Below the pieces are notes generated by a model. The model worked only from the letters and a program-made list of their open reading frames with translations. It had not been told where the DNA came from and did no database searches. A program made the translations under genes and the position numbers. A stretch of DNA of 64,000 bases. Source: Polyangiaceae bacterium. GTDB lineage: Bacteria > Myxococcota_A > Polyangia > Polyangiales > Polyangiaceae. Numbering within the stretch: position 1 is the first letter of the stretch; each line of letters opens with the position of its first letter. The stretch is from contig JBNKBE010000014.1 in NCBI GenBank assembly GCA_050287085.1, forward strand, positions 1 through 64,000, given 5' to 3'. Shown here piece after piece: positions 58,527 to 64,000 of this stretch.

Positions 58527-60245
58527 ATGTCGCGTAGAAAAGGCTCCGAAGATCCGGCTCTCAACAAGGTCATCGCAGGACGATATCGCCTAGAGGCAAG
58601 GATCGGCGAAGGAGGCATGGGCATCGTCTATCGTGCCCGGCACGTGCTCATCGATCGTATCGTAGCTGTGAAGCTCATCCGGCCCGACTTGCGCGGAGAA
58701 ACGCATCTGCGCGCTTGGATGCTGCGCGAGGCGCGAGCCGCCAATCGCGTCGACCACGCGCATATCATCGATATTCACGATATTGGTGAAACTGATGAAG
58801 GTGAACTCTATCTTGTGATGGAGTACCTCGTGGGCACGCCACTCAGCACGGAGATCACACGCGGTCCGATGCCAATCCAGCGTGGCGTCGACATTCTCGA
58901 ACAAATGGGCGCCGCGTTGTCTCGCGCCCACGACCTTGGCGTGGTCCATCGAGACCTCAAGAGCGACAACATCCTGCTCACCGCTCGCGGAGGCCGCAAA
59001 GATTTCGTCAAGATCTTGGACTTCGGTCTAGCGGCTCTGGCCCACGACCCACGTCTCGCGCCCAAAGGCGCAGTCTTCGGCACACCTGAGTACATGTCGC
59101 CGGAACAGGCGCGAGGCGAAACCGCCAGCCCGCAATCGGATCTATACGCTCTCGGGGTGCTCTTCTTCGAGATGCTGACCGGGCGTCTCCCCTTCCGGAG
59201 CGGTGATCGGGATACGTTGCTGGAAATGCAGCGAACCGCCCAGGCGCCCAAGCCGAGTTCCATTCGACAAGACTGCCACCCGGTCGCAGAGCGTATCGTC
59301 ATGCGGCTTCTCGAAAAAGATCCGCGCAAGCGCTACCGCGACGGCCACCACCTGCTCGAAGAGCTCAAGGCGCTGCAACGCTCGCTACCTTCGCAGGCGT
59401 GGGACAAGTCGGCGGCCGAGCCAGCGCCTCCGCAGGCCCCTCCTCCCCCGCCTCCGACCCGCTCTGCCAACGTCGCCGAATGGGCGAGCCGGGCTGGGCT
59501 CTTTTCGAGAATGATATCGCGAGCGTATCCAAGTGGAAACGCGACGCAAGAACTGGCGGAAGCCGTGCGCAGCGCATGGGACCTCGCCGCCCAAGCCAGC
59601 AGCCTGGAAGGTGAGATCGCCAGTCACACGCGACGCTTGGAGGCGTTGGAACGCCGCGGGCGCGCCCTGCGCGCGGAAATTGGCCGCAAGGTGGAAGAAC
59701 TCGCCCACGAGGAATCGCGGGCGCTGCGCGACGCGGCTGGCTACGCCGAAGACGAGCGTCTGGCACGAGGTGAGCTCGCCGTGGCTGAACAGGATGCGGC
59801 CCAGGCTGACGCCCGCGCCGCTGAAAGTGAACGAACGGCAACCGCAACACGAGCGCTCTACGAACAGGTGGGAGCCGCCCGTGCCTTGGTTCAGGTGCGA
59901 AAACAGGAACTGAGAAATAAGGAAGCCAAACGCGCCGCCCGCGAAGCAACCGCCAGGGACTTGCGAGGTCAGATAGAGGAACTACGAAGCCAGCTCGCCC
60001 GCTACGCCGAAGCGCTGGAAGAAGACCTAGCTTCCGGACGCGAGAAGGTCGCGGCCCGCGCCCGCCAGGGGCTCGAGTATGAGTCGAGATTCTCGCACGC
60101 TACCAAGGTGGTGGTCGAGCACCTCAAGGGACGACCAGAATGCCGCGAGCTACTCAATGATTTCATCGCGACGGGCACCCAATCATCAAAGCCCGATGAA
60201 AACGCGGACGGCCGCCCCGCGCTGGTGCGTGCCGTCGGGACCTGA
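58527..60245 (+). CDS. Cytoplasmic Ser/Thr protein kinase with C-terminal coiled coil
   Basis: GEGGMG, VAVK, HRDLKSDN, DFG, GTPEYMSPE; poly-Pro linker, then ~200 aa of heptad-rich sequence. Confidence 0.95.
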   Translation: MSRRKGSEDPALNKVIAGRYRLEARIGEGGMGIVYRARHVLIDRIVAVKLIRPDLRGETHLRAWMLREARAANRVDHAHIIDIHDIGETDEGELYLVMEYLVGTPLSTEITRGPMPIQRGVDILEQMGAALSRAHDLGVVHRDLKSDNILLTARGGRKDFVKILDFGLAALAHDPRLAPKGAVFGTPEYMSPEQARGETASPQSDLYALGVLFFEMLTGRLPFRSGDRDTLLEMQRTAQAPKPSSIRQDCHPVAERIVMRLLEKDPRKRYRDGHHLLEELKALQRSLPSQAWDKSAAEPAPPQAPPPPPPTRSANVAEWASRAGLFSRMISRAYPSGNATQELAEAVRSAWDLAAQASSLEGEIASHTRRLEALERRGRALRAEIGRKVEELAHEESRALRDAAGYAEDERLARGELAVAEQDAAQADARAAESERTATATRALYEQVGAARALVQVRKQELRNKEAKRAAREATARDLRGQIEELRSQLARYAEALEEDLASGREKVAARARQGLEYESRFSHATKVVVEHLKGRPECRELLNDFIATGTQSSKPDENADGRPALVRAVGT

Positions 60246-60256
60246 GAGCCCGCGCC

Positions 60257-60802
60257 TCAGCCTTCTGCGCCGGGCAACTTGGTGCGTAGAAACGACCGCA
60301 ACTTGACCAAGTTCTTGTCGTCTCGAGGAAACAGCGGCGCTCTATAGCTCGCGGCCCAAGCCCGAACGTCCTCAGCAAACGCCAAGTTCACTACGGGGTC
60401 GTTCACGATATCTGCGGGGGCTCGTCCTCTGACTGGCTCTGTGCGGAGCTCGACGCAGTAGCGCAACAAGCGCGCGAAGTCGTCGCTCAGAAATGACTCC
60501 AACAAGGAGCACTCAGCCCGCAGTCTGGCGAGCAAAGGTGGAAGGTCTGCGGTCGCCTCGAAACCCGAGGTCATGCAAACGCGGAGCACAAATGCATCGT
60601 CAAGCAGGCCCAGATCTTGAACACCATCCGGGATTAGATCCAGGGACTTCAACAGGTAGTTCAACGACGTTGCGGCCGCCAGACGCTGCCGCTCCGCGAC
60701 CTCTTCGTCTAGCACCAAGGCGAGTAGGTCCAGGGCATCAGCCGCAAGCTGCTCCAGCCAAATCGGGAAAGCGTCCAAGCATTGCGCATCAGCGGGCGTC
60801 AT
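60257..60802 (-). CDS. YkvA/DUF1232-like protein
   Basis: LNYLLKSLDLIPDGVQDLGLLDDAFVL. Confidence 0.85.
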   Translation of the reverse strand: MTPADAQCLDAFPIWLEQLAADALDLLALVLDEEVAERQRLAAATSLNYLLKSLDLIPDGVQDLGLLDDAFVLRVCMTSGFEATADLPPLLARLRAECSLLESFLSDDFARLLRYCVELRTEPVRGRAPADIVNDPVVNLAFAEDVRAWAASYRAPLFPRDDKNLVKLRSFLRTKLPGAEG

Positions 60803-60836
60803 GGCGCGGGACCATAGCGGATGGGGGATGTAGGGG

Positions 60837-61967
60837 CTAGGGCCGCGCCACAACGCTCGCTGGCCGGCCACAAAGCAGTCGCCGCGCATTGCCGGCCAAT
60901 ATGCGCTGCACCGCGGACGACGAAAACCCGTCCGCACGTAGAGCTCGGGCCAGGCGCGGAAAAGCGCGGACGTCTTCCAGACCCGCTGGCGGGCGGATCC
61001 CCCCTTCGAAGTCGGAACCAATCCCCACGTGGTCAATCCCGGCGACGCGCGCAATGTGGCGAATGTGCCGGACCACATCCTCGAGCCTGGCCGACCCGGC
61101 ACTACCTATCAGAAACGGTGCGTGAAAGTTCACTCCGACCACGCCACCGCTTGCCCCAATAGCTCGAAGCTGCTGATCGCTGAGGTTGCGTGTGTGGGGG
61201 GCCATGGCGCGCGAGTTCGAATGAGTCGCCACGACAGGCCGCCCCTCGAAGCGCGCTTCGATAAGGATATCGTCGAAGGCCCGATCCGACGCGTGCGAGA
61301 CGTCGATGATAGCCCCGGTCGCGTGGAGCCGTCGCACCACTTCTCGCCCCAACTCCGAAAGCCCGGCCTGCGTGCGCCTGGCCTGGAAGCCATAGCCGGC
61401 AGATGACGCCAGAATGTTGTCATGAGCATGCACCAGTCCGGCCGTTCTCAAGCCACGCCGGCCCCAGCGCCAAACGCTCTCGAGCTCATCTCCCAGAGGC
61501 GCGGCCCCTTCGAAGGCCCAGAACACTCCAACTCCCGAGGCTTGGCGGCAGGGTTCCAGACGATAGGGGGGCGTCTCGGGCACAAGCGCCAGCATCCGCT
61601 GATAACTCGCCTCCAGGTCGCGTAACCGTGGCCCGCGTGGACTCACCTCGTGCGGCACGTAGAGGGGTAAGACCACTCCCTCAACCCCTGCATTTTCAAG
61701 CCAACCGGCCACGTACTGGCCTTGCCCCCGGTTCAAAGTGCGCTGCTTATAACCAACCTGGTAGGGCAGGTCGACGTGTAGGTCTATCACGCCGAAGCGC
61801 TCAGTGAGTGAAACGCTTCCGCCAACTGGAAGCGCCAACGTGAGGGCCGTCGCCAAGGCGGCCACGACCCCCCAGGTGGCCCGCACGAGCGAACGCGTCG
61901 CAAGGCTCGGACGTGGCGTCGCACGCCCCCCCTTGGAGTCCGAAAAGTATGCCAAACCACTCAACAT
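60837..61967 (-). CDS. Membrane dipeptidase (peptidase M19) family
   Basis: DLHVD, FEG, IDVSH, ATHSN, RNLSD, GIGSDFEG; N-terminal TM/signal; start uncertain. Confidence 0.9.
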   Translation of the reverse strand: MLSGLAYFSDSKGGRATPRPSLATRSLVRATWGVVAALATALTLALPVGGSVSLTERFGVIDLHVDLPYQVGYKQRTLNRGQGQYVAGWLENAGVEGVVLPLYVPHEVSPRGPRLRDLEASYQRMLALVPETPPYRLEPCRQASGVGVFWAFEGAAPLGDELESVWRWGRRGLRTAGLVHAHDNILASSAGYGFQARRTQAGLSELGREVVRRLHATGAIIDVSHASDRAFDDILIEARFEGRPVVATHSNSRAMAPHTRNLSDQQLRAIGASGGVVGVNFHAPFLIGSAGSARLEDVVRHIRHIARVAGIDHVGIGSDFEGGIRPPAGLEDVRAFPRLARALRADGFSSSAVQRILAGNARRLLCGRPASVVARP

Positions 61968-62116
61968 CCGTGTCAGTATACTCGTAACAGAGACGGGACT
62001 ATCCCACGCGTCTTGCACGCTGGCTCCCGCCCCGGCGAAGGGCTTCGGCCCAACGTCGCTCGCCTTTGGATCCTCATGCTCTCCGGCTCGAGATCGGAGA
62101 GACTCGCACAGATACG

Positions 62117-64000
62117 ATGAGCAAACAACTCGACTCAAACCCTTCCACGCTCGAACCTACCGACGAAACAGAAGCTTTCAGCGACGCCTTCTCAGCGGCA
62201 CGGAGCGAACCCAGCAACGAAGGGCATTGGGACGCGGTCGACGAACACGCTCGAAGAGTCGACGCTCCCGAAGACGCAGAAGCTCTGTATCTCGAAGTTC
62301 TTGAGCAGGACCTCGACAAGCCGACGCTGGGGCTGCTGGGGCAGCGAGCGGTCAACTTCCTCGAAGAATGGTACGAGGATACCGATCGCTCCATCGCGAT
62401 TCTGAACAAGCTACTCCGCAAGGACTGGGAGAACTCGTGGGCGCTCGAAAAACTCAGCCTCTTGCTGACGTTGGCTGAACGCTGGGACGACCTGCTGGGA
62501 ACCTACGACGAGGCGCTCGCCGCCGCTGATACGGCATCGCAGAAAGCCGGCCTGCTCGAAGAAGCCGCGCGCATCGCGAAAGATTTTGCCGGGCAAGCCC
62601 AGCGCGCCAGCGCCTATCTCAAAGAACTGCTCCTGCTCAAACCAGACGACGACAAGCTGTCGGCTTCGCTGGAACGCCGCCTGGAACAGCAGGAACGCTA
62701 TGCGGACTTGGTCGACGTGTGGTCGGCACGCCTTGCTGTGGTTGACGAGCCTTCGGAGCTCCTGCTCCGAACGCGCATCGCCGAGACCCAGCTTTCCCAG
62801 CTGAAGAACGCCCAAGCTTCTCTGCACAGCGTCAAGGAGCTCCTGGCGCGCGGTATCGGCGAAACCGACGCCTGCCGCCTGCTGGAAGGCATCACAGAAT
62901 CCGCAGCCGCCGACATCCACGCACGACGAGAAGCGTTGGATATCCTGCGCCAGCGCTATGCGAAGCTGGAACGCCCTCTCGACGTCATTCGAGCGCTCGA
63001 ACGAGCCCTCGACCTAGCGCCTGACGACGATGCACGCATCCTCACGAATCAACGGCTGGTGACATGGCTACTGCAAGCGGACCGGCAGTCGGACGCGCTT
63101 GCAGCGGCGGCTCGCTGGCTCAGGCTCTCGCCCGGCGCTGAGGACGCCCTTGAACAGCTTAGGGCGCTAGCTTCAGCGACCGGCCAACACTCACGCTTCG
63201 CCGACGCCCTAGTCCAGGCCGCCGAAACAACAGGAAGCACCGACCTTCGTGTACGCCTCCTGCTTGAGGCCGCCGAGAGCCTGCAAGAGCAGGCGAAGGA
63301 AGCGGATGCGGCCTGTGCGCTTTTCGGTCGCGTACTGGACGACTCGGAAGCCAACACCGATGGTAAGCTTCGAGCCGCACGCAGACTGACGAGCATTTTG
63401 ACGCTCGACGCCCAACGCGGTCAACGGCTGGACGTCCTCGAGAAGTATGCAGCATTGGAGCCCGACGCCGCCATTCGAATGGAGCTTCTAGCCGAAGCGG
63501 CGAGGTTGTCCGAGGGCTTTGGCGACGACGAGCGGGCGTTGAAACTTTGGGACGCCCGCTTGCTTCTGGAACCGGGCGACGCGCAGGCGGTCGACGCCAA
63601 AATCGCGCTTCTGGATCGCGTCAAGAGATTCCCTGAGCTGCGGGCCACACTGTTGGTTCGCTACGGTACCCAGCGAGGCAGTGCAAGCCAGCGCGCCGAC
63701 CTAGTTCGCATTGCTGGACTCGACGAACACGAGCTCGGCGATCGGAGTGCGGCGATCGCAACGTGGCGACAAGTCGAAGAGGTATTCGAGCCCAACGCAG
63801 AAACCGTGGATTCCCTGTGCCGACTGTTACACGCGGAGCAGCATTGGGACGATCTGGTTGCACTACTCGAACGCGCCATCAAACAAGAGAGCGACGCGAC
63901 CCGCAAGACGACACACTACGGCGACCTCGGTCGCGTTTGCGCCGAGCAAAGGGGTGAACTCACGCGCGCCGTGAAAGCCTACGAAAGCGCCCTGGCCATC
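62117..64000 (+). CDS. Giant TPR-repeat protein, 3'-truncated by the window end (myxobacterial TPR scaffold type)
   Basis: Not in the ORF track; my reading from ATG 62117 gives MSKQLDSNPST... with repeated ERWDDLLGTY / ERYADLVDVW / QHWDDLVALL TPR-like motifs; apparently open to 64000. Confidence 0.85.
   Translation, partial: MSKQLDSNPSTLEPTDETEAFSDAFSAARSEPSNEGHWDAVDEHARRVDAPEDAEALYLEVLEQDLDKPTLGLLGQRAVNFLEEWYEDTDRSIAILNKLLRKDWENSWALEKLSLLLTLAERWDDLLGTYDEALAAADTASQKAGLLEEAARIAKDFAGQAQRASAYLKELLLLKPDDDKLSASLERRLEQQERYADLVDVWSARLAVVDEPSELLLRTRIAETQLSQLKNAQASLHSVKELLARGIGETDACRLLEGITESAAADIHARREALDILRQRYAKLERPLDVIRALERALDLAPDDDARILTNQRLVTWLLQADRQSDALAAAARWLRLSPGAEDALEQLRALASATGQHSRFADALVQAAETTGSTDLRVRLLLEAAESLQEQAKEADAACALFGRVLDDSEANTDGKLRAARRLTSILTLDAQRGQRLDVLEKYAALEPDAAIRMELLAEAARLSEGFGDDERALKLWDARLLLEPGDAQAVDAKIALLDRVKRFPELRATLLVRYGTQRGSASQRADLVRIAGLDEHELGDRSAAIATWRQVEEVFEPNAETVDSLCRLLHAEQHWDDLVALLERAIKQESDATRKTTHYGDLGRVCAEQRGELTRAVKAYESALAI

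Noticed and set aside
58034..58537. 167-aa plus-strand and 116-aa minus-strand ORFs in the intergenic gap
   Set aside because: No RBS, atypical composition and no motifs; treated as non-coding

Overview
GC-rich bacterial chromosomal window, most likely from a myxobacterium (Myxococcota, Polyangiaceae/Sorangiineae-like). This taxonomic call is inferred from the gene content: eukaryote-like Ser/Thr kinases, an FHA-DUF4388 protein, a giant TPR protein, a large lipoprotein metalloprotease and a DUF4398-OmpA pair. There are about 50 densely packed CDS. Most are housekeeping or envelope genes (sucA-sucB-lpdA, hflKC, xseA, aroE, speA, gltX, ccmB, ctaB/cyoE, tatA, yggX), mixed with signalling and uncharacterised genes. 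I found no tRNA, rRNA, CRISPR array, transposase or integrase. Five things stand out. (1) A composite control region at 1-430 (16-bp tandem repeat, a G-quadruplex-forming 7-mer repeat, then an array of TGCATAAT/ATTATGCA palindromes) lies directly upstream of an ~830-aa protein with a possible N-terminal DNA-binding domain and a degenerate P-loop. (2) In a tightly linked xseA-aroE-debranching enzyme-histidine kinase-response regulator operon, the debranching enzyme appears to carry Gln at the catalytic Glu position and the kinase has no sensor domain. (3) A lipoprotein has a cryptic Cys/His NlpC/P60-like motif set. (4) An ~85-nt rod-like intergenic structure sits at 58042-58126. (5) An AmpG-like permease has an extra membrane and Cys-rich tail. 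All family calls come from motif recognition by eye, with no database searches, and several start codons are my estimates.
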